This document shows, one piece after another, positions 17,605 through 26,291 of a DNA stretch of 64,000 nt. The notes beneath the pieces are model-generated. The model ran no database searches. It was not told where the DNA came from and saw nothing but the letters and a program-made list of their open reading frames with translations. The position numbers and the translations under genes are program-made. Each line of letters begins with the position of its first letter. Position 1 is the stretch's first letter. The stretch comes from an uncultured Acidobacteriota bacterium (GTDB lineage: Bacteria; Acidobacteriota; Vicinamibacteria; Vicinamibacterales; Fen-181). The stretch lies in contig CAVQXT010000007.1 of assembly GCA_963717945.1 (NCBI GenBank), positions 1,092,662 through 1,156,661 on the forward strand, in the 5' to 3' direction.

Positions 17605-19965
17605 GTGTGTCGAAACATCCGCCCCAATTGCATTGTGCTCGCCCTGTGCGGCTTGCTGCTCATCGCCGGAACCGTTTCCAGTCACGGAATGCCGGCCCCG
17701 GGCTCACAGACTCAGAACGCTCCGTCGGCAGGCGCCACGGTTTCGGTCAGGATGATTGACGCCGTTGATTCCGGCAGCGATAGCGCGGGGAGACAGTATC
17801 GCGCCATTGTCAGCGAGCCAGCTGACGCCGGCAACGGCGTGATGATCTCGCGGGGCTCCCCGGCCACTGTCACGCTGGTGAGAGACAGCGCGGGGTGGGT
17901 TGCGCACCTGTCGTCGGTGGTCATCAACGGCCAGACGATCGCTGTCGCCAGCAACTCGGCGCGAGTGACCAGCAACGCCGAGAATGCCGCCGAGTCGGCG
18001 GTGAAGACGATGGGCTCGATGCTCGGACGATTTGGACGCCGCGGCAGCACGGCCGCGAGCATCGCCGCGGTCGCCTCGGGTTCGAGAGTCGTCTTGCCAC
18101 CGGGAACCAGCCTGAGCTTCGTTCTTGGGGCCCCCCCGTCATCGAACCCGGCTGGGTCAGCACCCGGGGCGGGTCAGCCAACGCCGGGCGCGCCGCAGGC
18201 CGCGGCGGCGCCGGGCGGCCCCCTGGCCGCCAACGTCAAGGAGACGCGGCTCGGTCCGTCCCAGCCACAAGGGAAGTTCGTCGTGAGCCCGGACGGCGGG
18301 CACCTGGCCGTCTACTCGACGCATGGAAGTCGCGACATCGTCATCCTGGATGGAATCGACGGTCCCGAGTTCGACCACGCCGCGCACATGCACGGAGAGG
18401 CGATCGACGTCGAGTTCAGTCCCGACGGGAAGCGCTCGGCCTACCTGGCCCAGCATGGGGCCAACCTGGTGGCGGTGGTGGACGGCAAGGAAGCGTACAC
18501 GGTCTATGCGCTTTCTCCCAACGACACCGGCGACAACATCGTGCCGACCATCGACCCAGCCTATGTTCATGTGACCGGCGACCAGCCGGTGCCGCATCAG
18601 TTCCTCATCAGCCCGAGCGGGGCGCATGTCGCCGTCATGGCTGAAGAGGGCCCCTCCTGGTACATGTTCCTCGACGGAGTGAAAAGCCCGCCTTACCTCA
18701 GCCTCGACCGGCGGGAGGTGGCGTTTGTCGCGGACAAGTTGGTGTATGCCGCGCAGACGACGGACCAGAAATGGCACATGGTCGTGAACGACAATCCCGG
18801 TCCCGCGTACGACGCCTTCGGCCAGGTAATGCCGAGCGACAGGCACCTCCAATTGAGCGAGAACGACCAGCACTACGCGTTCATTGGCAGGAATGGCGGG
18901 AACAGTGTGGCGGTCGTCGATGGGGTCCCCGGCACGCCTCGTCCCAACGTCGGGAGCAGCGGTCTCCACAACCTGGTAATCGCGTCGACCGGCCGCGTCG
19001 CTTACCTCGGATACGCGGGATCCGGAGCCCACGCCAGCGAGCCGTCCAGAGAACCGCTGTTCGTGGGGAATCAGGAGGTCTCGCCCGAAACCCGGCCCTT
19101 CGCCACCATCTCCCCGGCCACGCGGACTCAAATCGGAGTCAAGGTCGTCCTCAGCCCGGACGGGAAGAGGTTTGCCTATGCGAAGCCGGTCCCCGGTGGC
19201 ATCGCCGCCATCATCGACGGCAAGCAAAGCCTGGCCTACGACGCCATCGGCGTGATGGAGTTCAGTCCCGATTCCCGGCGTGCCTTCTTTGTCGGCGTCA
19301 AGAACACCATCGACAACTTCGTCGTAATCGACGGGCAGGAAATGCCCGGACAGCATACCGTCAAGGATTTCGTCTTCAGCCAGAACGGCAGCCGCTTTGG
19401 CTATGAAGGATATGGTCAACTGGGCTTCACGATGGTGGTCGACGGCAAGCCCAGCGGCAAGTTCCTGAACGTGATCGACAATTCGCTGGCCTTCAGTGAG
19501 GACGGCAAACGCTCTGTCTACGCCGCGTGTGCGCAATTGTCGCACTGCCAGGTCGTCGAGGATGGCAAGACGACCAACGTTCCCGGGCTCTACCCGTACA
19601 TGACGAGAATGCCGCCCCACATCGTTTTCTCGCCGGTGCTCTTCAGTCCGGATGGCACCCGTCTCGTCTTCGGTTACCCGGGCCCGAACGGCACCGCCAT
19701 CGTCATCAACGGACAGGAGACCGTCCACGGCACCAACTTCTCGTACCACTGCTTCAGCCCCGACAGCAAGCACTTCGCAATTGCGATGTGGACCTCAAAG
19801 GGCTATTCGGTCTTCGTGGACGGAAAGGTGGGACCCGCATACGACGACCTCGTCGAAGCGAACGCGAACGAAAACCTCTTTCGCTTCGTGGACGCCCACA
19901 CGTTGCGGTTCCTCGGCGTCAAGGGCGGGCAAGTGTACCGAGTCACCGTGGATCTCGGCAATTGA
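17605..19965 (+). CDS. Secreted protein: N-terminal beta-rich domain plus TolB/WD40-like beta-propeller repeats
   Basis: Signal peptide; repeated FSPDGK/SPDS...VVDG units; GAGGAG RBS. Confidence 0.75.
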   Translation: MCRNIRPNCIVLALCGLLLIAGTVSSHGMPAPGSQTQNAPSAGATVSVRMIDAVDSGSDSAGRQYRAIVSEPADAGNGVMISRGSPATVTLVRDSAGWVAHLSSVVINGQTIAVASNSARVTSNAENAAESAVKTMGSMLGRFGRRGSTAASIAAVASGSRVVLPPGTSLSFVLGAPPSSNPAGSAPGAGQPTPGAPQAAAAPGGPLAANVKETRLGPSQPQGKFVVSPDGGHLAVYSTHGSRDIVILDGIDGPEFDHAAHMHGEAIDVEFSPDGKRSAYLAQHGANLVAVVDGKEAYTVYALSPNDTGDNIVPTIDPAYVHVTGDQPVPHQFLISPSGAHVAVMAEEGPSWYMFLDGVKSPPYLSLDRREVAFVADKLVYAAQTTDQKWHMVVNDNPGPAYDAFGQVMPSDRHLQLSENDQHYAFIGRNGGNSVAVVDGVPGTPRPNVGSSGLHNLVIASTGRVAYLGYAGSGAHASEPSREPLFVGNQEVSPETRPFATISPATRTQIGVKVVLSPDGKRFAYAKPVPGGIAAIIDGKQSLAYDAIGVMEFSPDSRRAFFVGVKNTIDNFVVIDGQEMPGQHTVKDFVFSQNGSRFGYEGYGQLGFTMVVDGKPSGKFLNVIDNSLAFSEDGKRSVYAACAQLSHCQVVEDGKTTNVPGLYPYMTRMPPHIVFSPVLFSPDGTRLVFGYPGPNGTAIVINGQETVHGTNFSYHCFSPDSKHFAIAMWTSKGYSVFVDGKVGPAYDDLVEANANENLFRFVDAHTLRFLGVKGGQVYRVTVDLGN

Positions 19966-20130
19966 GGCGCGGGCCGACCGGCAGCGCCACTCGGCCAGGG
20001 CCAGGTCGGTCCGCCTGGCCCTTGGTGACGACGAGGAAATACTGAGACGGCAGGAAGGTGTGGTACTTGGCCAGCCGCGGATAATCGGGCAAGGCGAGGA
20101 TCGTCCGGACGTTCTCGAGGCCCGCCGACA

Positions 20131-20526
20131 CTACACCTCGAGGCAGACCCATCCGCCATCCACGGTCGTCTTGTAGACGCCAATTGACTCGGTGCGGATG
20201 TGCTGCATCAACATCCCGACGTTCTGGAGATAGGCCCCCAGTCTCGGCGGAGGCGCGTCGTCGCCCAGGTAAGCGGGCACCGGGCCGGCGAGCGCCTCTC
20301 CCGTCGTGACGTCGAACCTCGCGCAGTGCATGGGGCAGGTGAGGACCGCGCCGTCGAGCGTTCCCATGTCCAGCGGAGAGTTCATGTGCCCGCAGCGGCG
20401 GTCGACGGCGTAGAAGCTCCCGCCGCAATTGCAGACGACAATCTCGCGGCCGTTGACCTCGACCGCCTTCATGCCTCCCGGCGCCACGTCATCGGTCCTG
20501 ATGACTCGAACGAGGCTGTTACTCAA
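20131..20526 (-). CDS. Rieske-type [2Fe-2S] ferredoxin with an insertion
   Basis: CGH...CPMH ligands, RFDVTTG. Confidence 0.9.
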   Translation of the reverse strand: MSNSLVRVIRTDDVAPGGMKAVEVNGREIVVCNCGGSFYAVDRRCGHMNSPLDMGTLDGAVLTCPMHCARFDVTTGEALAGPVPAYLGDDAPPPRLGAYLQNVGMLMQHIRTESIGVYKTTVDGGWVCLEV

Positions 20527-20854
20527 TGCCCAGCTCCTTCGCCGACACCTGCGGCAGGCTGTCCGGGTCGGTCACGTCCTTGTGCACGAACAAGCCGCAC
20601 CAGCAGCGTTTCATCGCGTCGAAATGCGCCCGGTGGAACGGGATGCACGGGCAGACGATGCGCATGTTGCGCGCGCGGTCGGGCGTCAGCGGCTGACAGG
20701 GGCAGAACGGCGTGCCGTGCTTGTCTTCGAGCGTCACCTCCTGCTCGAGCAGGAAGTCCCTCAGCTCCGCGTCCGGCGTGAACTTGTAGCCCAGCGGATC
20801 GACGACCTTGCTGTAGAAGAAGTGGAGCGCCTGCTTCCTGGATTCGGTGTTCAT
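20519..20854 (-). CDS. Ferredoxin:thioredoxin reductase catalytic-subunit-like protein
   Basis: CPC-x14-CPC-x13-CWC followed by GLFV, matching the FTR catalytic CPC/CPC/CxC pattern. Confidence 0.85.
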   Translation of the reverse strand: MNTESRKQALHFFYSKVVDPLGYKFTPDAELRDFLLEQEVTLEDKHGTPFCPCQPLTPDRARNMRIVCPCIPFHRAHFDAMKRCWCGLFVHKDVTDPDSLPQVSAKELGIE

Positions 20855-20865
20855 ACAGGGCCGCC

Positions 20866-21114
20866 TCAGAGCCCCAGGAGTTTCGAGTAGCGGTCCGGTT
20901 GGTAGCCGACAACCACCGTGCCGTCAATCCGGACGAACGGGAAGCCGCTCGCGCCCTCCGCGTCGAGCTCCTTCATGATCCTCGCCTGCGTCGCGCCGTC
21001 GGCGAGGTCGTAATCGGTGAACTCGAACGGGATGTTGTGTTCGGCGAAGAACTTCTTGGTCTTCCTGCACCAGGGGCAGGTGGACAGCGTGTACATGGCG
21101 ACTTTCTTCATCAC
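20866..21114 (-). CDS. Glutaredoxin/NrdH-like redoxin
   Basis: YTLSTCPWC, cis-Pro loop GFPFV, VVGY; GAGGAGG RBS. Confidence 0.9.
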   Translation of the reverse strand: MMKKVAMYTLSTCPWCRKTKKFFAEHNIPFEFTDYDLADGATQARIMKELDAEGASGFPFVRIDGTVVVGYQPDRYSKLLGL

Positions 21115-21123
21115 GACCTCCTC

Positions 21124-21429
21124 TTAGTCGAGTTCCACCAACAGCTTGCCGCCCTCGATCTTGACGGGGTAGACCGCGAGGCCGAGTTCCGGAGCATCGA
21201 GGAATCGGCCGGTCCTCACGTCGAAGCGCCAGTCGTGGCAGGGACAGGTGAGGGTGTGACCGTCGAGGCTGCCCGTGAAGAGCGGGCAGGCCATGTGCGC
21301 GCAGCGTCCGGACACCGCGTAGACGGTGCCGCCGACGCGCGCGACGACGACGTTGACGCCGAGCGGGTACGCGGGGGCCATGGCGCCCTCGGGCAATGCC
21401 GCCTCCTCCATCACGGGAATCCAGCTCAT
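21124..21429 (-). CDS. Rieske-type [2Fe-2S] ferredoxin
   Basis: CAH...CPCH ligands, RFDVRTG. Confidence 0.9.
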   Translation of the reverse strand: MSWIPVMEEAALPEGAMAPAYPLGVNVVVARVGGTVYAVSGRCAHMACPLFTGSLDGHTLTCPCHDWRFDVRTGRFLDAPELGLAVYPVKIEGGKLLVELD

Positions 21430-21631
21430 CGGTCCTCAGTCCTTTCGCTCCTCCGATCCGTGCCGCTTTGGCTGATCGATCGCCTCTCTCGAGATTGAGC
21501 CTGTGACTGGCCGATTGTCCAGTGCCCTCCTTCGCGTGAAGGAACTCGCTGGCTGAGCAGGTTTCCCACTACACCCAACCCCGTCCGGTGCCGAGAACAA
21601 GCAGGGGGACGTCTGTCGGCGCGGTGTTCGT

Positions 21632-23923
21632 ATGGATTCTTACCACCTGGCCAATCGGGGCGGCAGTGACGGGCTCTGGGACTGGAACCTGGCCTCCAAC
21701 CGGGTCCATTTCGCCCCCCGGTGGATCGCCATGGTCGGATGCGAGGAGCACGAGGTGGGCCACTCGCCGGACGAGTGGCTGGACCGGGTGCACCCCGAGG
21801 ACCGGCCGGAGGTCAGCCGTGAGATAGCGGCCCACCTGGAAGCAGGCCCGTGCGAGTTCAGCATCCGCCACCGGATGCTGCACAAGAACGGCACCTACCG
21901 GTGGATGGCCTGCCACGCCGTGGTCACGCGCGACGAGGTCGGGCGGGCGGTCCGCATGATGGGTTCCCACACTGACGTCACGGCCGCGCGGGTGGTCGAC
22001 GATCTGACCGGGCTCCCCAACCGGCTGCTCTTTCTCGATCGCCTCGCCCGCGCGATCGAGCAGGCGAAGCGGCACCCCGAACTGCTGTTTGCGGTCGTCC
22101 TCATCGACCTCGACCGCCCCGACTGCGCGTCAGAACCGGTGGGGCCCGGCGGGCACGATCTCCTGCTGGCCGCCGCCGCCCGGCGCCTGGAGACCTGCCT
22201 CCGCTCCGGCGGCGCGCCGGCCGGCCCCGGCCACGAGCACGTCGTCTCGCGGGTGAGGGGAGACCAGTTCGGCATCCTGCTCGAGGGACTCACGCAGGTC
22301 GGCGATGCGCTGGTGACCGGGCAGCGCGTTCTCGCGGAAATCCTCGCGCCCTTCTCGATCGGCGAACGCGAGGTGTTCGTCCAGGCGAGCGGCGGGATCG
22401 CGGTGAGCGTGACCGGCTATGCCGACGCCGAGGCCGTGCTGCGCGACGCCGACACGGCGCTGCACAGGGCGAAGGCGCTCGGCAAGGCGCGCTGCGAGGT
22501 CTTCGACACCGCGCTCCTCGACTCGACGCGCTCGGAGCTCGAGATGGAGGCCGATCTGGAGAAGGCCCTCGAGCGCCACGAGTTCGTCCTGTTCTATCAG
22601 CCCATCATGTCGCTGGCGACCAACCGGATCGCCGGCCTCGAAGCCCTCGTCAGGTGGCAGCATCCGTCGAGGGGCCTGGTCGCGCCGCTCGAGTTCATCC
22701 CCCTGGCCGAGAAGACGGGGTTGATCGTGGGCCTCGGCGCGTGGACGGTCAGAGAGGCGTGCCGGCAGCTCGCCGCGTGGCAGAGGAGCCTGTCGGTCCC
22801 TCCCGACCTCTGGGTGTCGGTCAACTTCTCGGGCGTCCAGTTTCGCGATCCGGTGCTCTTCGCGCAGATCGGCAGCGCCGTGCGCGACGCCGGGCTCGAC
22901 CCGCGGTGCCTGATGGTGGAGCTGACCGAGAGCGTGCTGATGGAGAACCCCGCGGCGGCCAAGGGGTTGATCATGCAGCTGCGGGTCATGGGCATTCGCG
23001 TCGGGCTGGACGATTTCGGCACGGGGCACTCCGCGCTGGCCTACCTGCACCAGTTCCCGGCCGATGTCCTGAAGGTGGACCGGGCGTTCATCCGCGGCCT
23101 CGAGACGCAACAGGAGAAGGCGGACATCGTCCGCACCGTGAACGACCTCGCCGGCCAGCTCGGCCTGGAGGTGATTGCCGAGGGCATCGAGCGCGAGGAG
23201 CAGCTGGACGTGATTCGCTCGCTGCGATGCGGCTACGTGCAGGGCTTTCTGCTCGCCCGCCCGCTCGATGGCGAGCAGACCGAGGCGCTCCTGAAATCCG
23301 GCCTGGACCTGAGGCCGGAACCGCAGCAGGCCGGAGAGACCGGGCCCGCCGGCGAAGACGCGCCGAGCGTCCCTCCGGTGACGTGGGAGGCGAAGAGGAC
23401 CACGCGCCGGTCGGTCCTCGCGGTCGCGCTCGTCGGCGCGGCGCTGCTCGTCTCGGCCGGCCTCGCCGTTCGAGCCGGTTTCGGGCGTCATTCGCCGACG
23501 GGACCGGCGCGGCCTTCCCAATCGTCGGCCTCGTCCCCCCACTCCAGTCCGCGGGACGCGGACGTCGAGCTCCCGCCGGGCGCCGGTCGGCAGGCCACCG
23601 CGAAGGCCGCTCCACCGCCCGCCGTCGTGCGGGGGCCAGCGGCCGAATCGTTCCCTGCCGTCCACCTGCACGTGCTCGGAAGCTGCACGGGGCGGCTTGT
23701 CGTGACCGCGACCGGTGTGTCATTTGTTCCCGACACGAGCAAGGACGGCTTCACCCTCAAGTACCAGGCGTTCAGGTACGCGCTTTCAGGCGACGTGCTC
23801 ACCGTCAAATCCGACGCGAGGACGTACCGCTTCAAGGCGGCCGGAGACCTGGGTGCGGTGAAGGACCGGGCGCAGCTTCAGAAGGTGGTCGACAGCATCA
23901 CACGCCGGTCGCGGGCACGCTGA
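21632..23923 (+). CDS. PAS-GGDEF(degenerate)-EAL c-di-GMP phosphodiesterase with C-terminal TM helix and extracytoplasmic domain
   Basis: DGLWDWN...VHPED PAS, DDLTGLPNR, RGDQF in place of GGDEF, LEALVRW, DDFGTG, hydrophobic VLAVALVGAALLVSAGLAV near the C-terminus. Confidence 0.9.
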   Translation: MDSYHLANRGGSDGLWDWNLASNRVHFAPRWIAMVGCEEHEVGHSPDEWLDRVHPEDRPEVSREIAAHLEAGPCEFSIRHRMLHKNGTYRWMACHAVVTRDEVGRAVRMMGSHTDVTAARVVDDLTGLPNRLLFLDRLARAIEQAKRHPELLFAVVLIDLDRPDCASEPVGPGGHDLLLAAAARRLETCLRSGGAPAGPGHEHVVSRVRGDQFGILLEGLTQVGDALVTGQRVLAEILAPFSIGEREVFVQASGGIAVSVTGYADAEAVLRDADTALHRAKALGKARCEVFDTALLDSTRSELEMEADLEKALERHEFVLFYQPIMSLATNRIAGLEALVRWQHPSRGLVAPLEFIPLAEKTGLIVGLGAWTVREACRQLAAWQRSLSVPPDLWVSVNFSGVQFRDPVLFAQIGSAVRDAGLDPRCLMVELTESVLMENPAAAKGLIMQLRVMGIRVGLDDFGTGHSALAYLHQFPADVLKVDRAFIRGLETQQEKADIVRTVNDLAGQLGLEVIAEGIEREEQLDVIRSLRCGYVQGFLLARPLDGEQTEALLKSGLDLRPEPQQAGETGPAGEDAPSVPPVTWEAKRTTRRSVLAVALVGAALLVSAGLAVRAGFGRHSPTGPARPSQSSASSPHSSPRDADVELPPGAGRQATAKAAPPPAVVRGPAAESFPAVHLHVLGSCTGRLVVTATGVSFVPDTSKDGFTLKYQAFRYALSGDVLTVKSDARTYRFKAAGDLGAVKDRAQLQKVVDSITRRSRAR

Positions 23924-24095
23924 GCCAGTGTCATCACTCGCTGACTTCGGGACGGCAGCCGCTGGTGATGCTCGCCGGTGCATCCGCCGATAAGTGGAAA
24001 GACGGCGGGTTTTGCACCCGGCGGCCGGCAACGGAACCTGGCCAAACGTGTCGAAAAGGTGCCTGACCCCATCCAGCGGCCCGGATTAGATTGCG

Positions 24096-26291
24096 ATGCC
24101 ACACCCTCCAGTCGAGCGGCGTGTGCCGGATGACGCGGGTCCGATTGATCCGCCCGCGCAGGCGGCTCTTCCTCCGGTTGCCGCCGAGCAATTCCTCCAG
24201 CTCCTGGCCCGAGCCGTCCACAAGTTCCGGACCTACCCGTCCGACAGCCCCTTCTGCGTCGAGGCGGTGTTGGCGGCGCGGCAGGGCCTGGCCTCGATTG
24301 ACGGGCTCGAATACCTGGACGCGCGCGTCACGAGGCGGGAACTGATCGTCGACAATTCCGGCCTCGGCGCGGGCACCGTGATCGAGCGGGAGCTTGCGCT
24401 CCAGCTGCACCGGGCGTCGGTCGGACGGCTCCGCATCCACTGTGACGCCACCCACACGGAACTGGCCCAGTTCTGCTGGGCCCTGATTCAAACCCAGCGG
24501 GACGGAGAAGCCTCGCTGCCGGACCTGCTCATCGAGCAGGGCGTCGAACACATCGAAGCGGATACGACGCTCCGGCCGGAGATCGTCGAGATACGCGGGG
24601 ATGCCGGCACGATCTCCGATACGGTCCATCGAGAGCGCGTTCGTCGTGCCGCCCTCTCGACGACGAGCGGGGCCGCCCACCATCTGTATCCGCCGGACAG
24701 GGGCTGGGTCCGTGTCGATCCGACTTCCCCATTCTCCTCGGTGTCGTTGTCGGAGCTGGCGATTCTCGTCGAGGATCCCGCCGCCCTGGCGGCCATCCTG
24801 GCGCGGCTCGGTGGGGAGAATCCCGCGCTCGACGGCGGCGGACCGCCCCTCGAGCGGAAATTCGGCGACCTGGCGACCGTGTTCGCGAGCCTCGACCCGA
24901 ACCTCGCCAGGGTCATGTTCACCCGGCTTTCGAGAGCCGTGCTCGGGCTCGAGCCACAGGCTCGCACGCGGCTGCTGAAGGACACCGTTCTCCCGGGCCT
25001 GCTCGACGGCCGGCCGGAAGGTTCGATCCTCGAGGATTTTCCCGACGTCGAACTGGCCGACGCGTTGAGCCTCCTGCTCGACCTCGAGACGGCGTCGCCC
25101 GAGGTGCTGAACGTCGCCTTGACGAGGCTGGACCTGCCGGCCGACCGTCAGCAGGCGGTATTGCCGCTTCTCAATGACCGGATCCTCGCGCGCGACCCGT
25201 GGCCCAGCGCGACCGCCGGGACCCAGGCCAACCAGGCGCTTGTCGGCTACGCGCGACGGCTCATTGAAATCCGCCACGACCAGGCCAAGGGCTTCGCGGA
25301 CTTCTCGGCATTCGACGTGTCGATGGACGCGTCGACGCTGGCCTCGGTGGAGACGATACGCGAGGTTGCCGGGAAGACGGATCTTCTCGACCAGCAGCTC
25401 CGATGCCTGTGCAGCCTGATTCGCCTGGAGCCCCACGCCGACCGCGTCCAGACCTTCCTCACCGCGTTGACGCCGCTGCTGGCGGATCTCGAGCGGCGAG
25501 GGCGGCCGGAAGCCGGCTTGAACTGGCTCCTCACGCTGCGTGGGATCGCCGTCGCGACGGAGCCGAGGCGACCGGAAGTCGCCAGGTGCGTGGGCGCGGC
25601 GATCCAGAGCCTGTTCACGAGGGAACGGGCCGCGTGGCTGGTCGAAATGCATCACGGAGAGCCCGAGGCCCGGTCGATCGCAGCCGGGTACGTCAACGCC
25701 CTGGCGCCCGACGTCGCGCCGGTCTTCGCCGCGCTGCTCGACGATCGGCGCCTGCAAGCGAGCCTTCCGTCACTGGCCGACCTGGTCTGCGACCACGCCG
25801 CGGCGCTGGCGCCCGGACTGGTGACCCAACTCGGGCATACGAGCCCGGCGGCCACGCGAGTGATCCTCCGCGTCCTGGGAAGCGCAGGCGGAGCCCACGA
25901 AGAACTTGTCGCCGGTTACCTGGCCGACGAGGACGCGATGCTCAGGCGCGAGGCGTTGGAAGCCCTGGTCCGGATGGAGACACCCCAGGCCGCCCGCATC
26001 GTGACCCATCAGATCGTCGAGCCGGGCAACCCGCTGCTGAACACCGCCGTCGAAGCCCTGTGGCGATTCCCATCCCCGCTCGTCGCCGCGCAGCTTCGGA
26101 CGATCCTGCGGCGGGACGACTTCGTCGTGCACAATCCCGAGATCGTCATTCGAATGCTGAACCGCGCCGACGCCGACCTCGCCAGAGGAATCGAGACGGA
26201 GCTCCGGCATCTCGCGTCCCTTCGCCGGCGCTTCTGGCGCCCGGCGCTCATGCGTGTGGGATTCACCGCACGCCAGTTGCTCTCGTCATGA
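24096..26291 (+). CDS. Large alpha-helical protein with HEAT-like C-terminal repeats
   Basis: LADEDAMLRREALEAL HEAT-like unit; ATGA overlap with the HD-GYP gene. Confidence 0.7.
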   Translation: MPHPPVERRVPDDAGPIDPPAQAALPPVAAEQFLQLLARAVHKFRTYPSDSPFCVEAVLAARQGLASIDGLEYLDARVTRRELIVDNSGLGAGTVIERELALQLHRASVGRLRIHCDATHTELAQFCWALIQTQRDGEASLPDLLIEQGVEHIEADTTLRPEIVEIRGDAGTISDTVHRERVRRAALSTTSGAAHHLYPPDRGWVRVDPTSPFSSVSLSELAILVEDPAALAAILARLGGENPALDGGGPPLERKFGDLATVFASLDPNLARVMFTRLSRAVLGLEPQARTRLLKDTVLPGLLDGRPEGSILEDFPDVELADALSLLLDLETASPEVLNVALTRLDLPADRQQAVLPLLNDRILARDPWPSATAGTQANQALVGYARRLIEIRHDQAKGFADFSAFDVSMDASTLASVETIREVAGKTDLLDQQLRCLCSLIRLEPHADRVQTFLTALTPLLADLERRGRPEAGLNWLLTLRGIAVATEPRRPEVARCVGAAIQSLFTRERAAWLVEMHHGEPEARSIAAGYVNALAPDVAPVFAALLDDRRLQASLPSLADLVCDHAAALAPGLVTQLGHTSPAATRVILRVLGSAGGAHEELVAGYLADEDAMLRREALEALVRMETPQAARIVTHQIVEPGNPLLNTAVEALWRFPSPLVAAQLRTILRRDDFVVHNPEIVIRMLNRADADLARGIETELRHLASLRRRFWRPALMRVGFTARQLLSS

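Noticed and set aside
25403-26287. N-terminal extension of the HD-GYP ORF (likewise 29099-30193, 46838-47038 and 49534-50295 for other genes)
   Set aside because: Arg/Pro-rich off-frame reading of the upstream gene; better starts exist downstream
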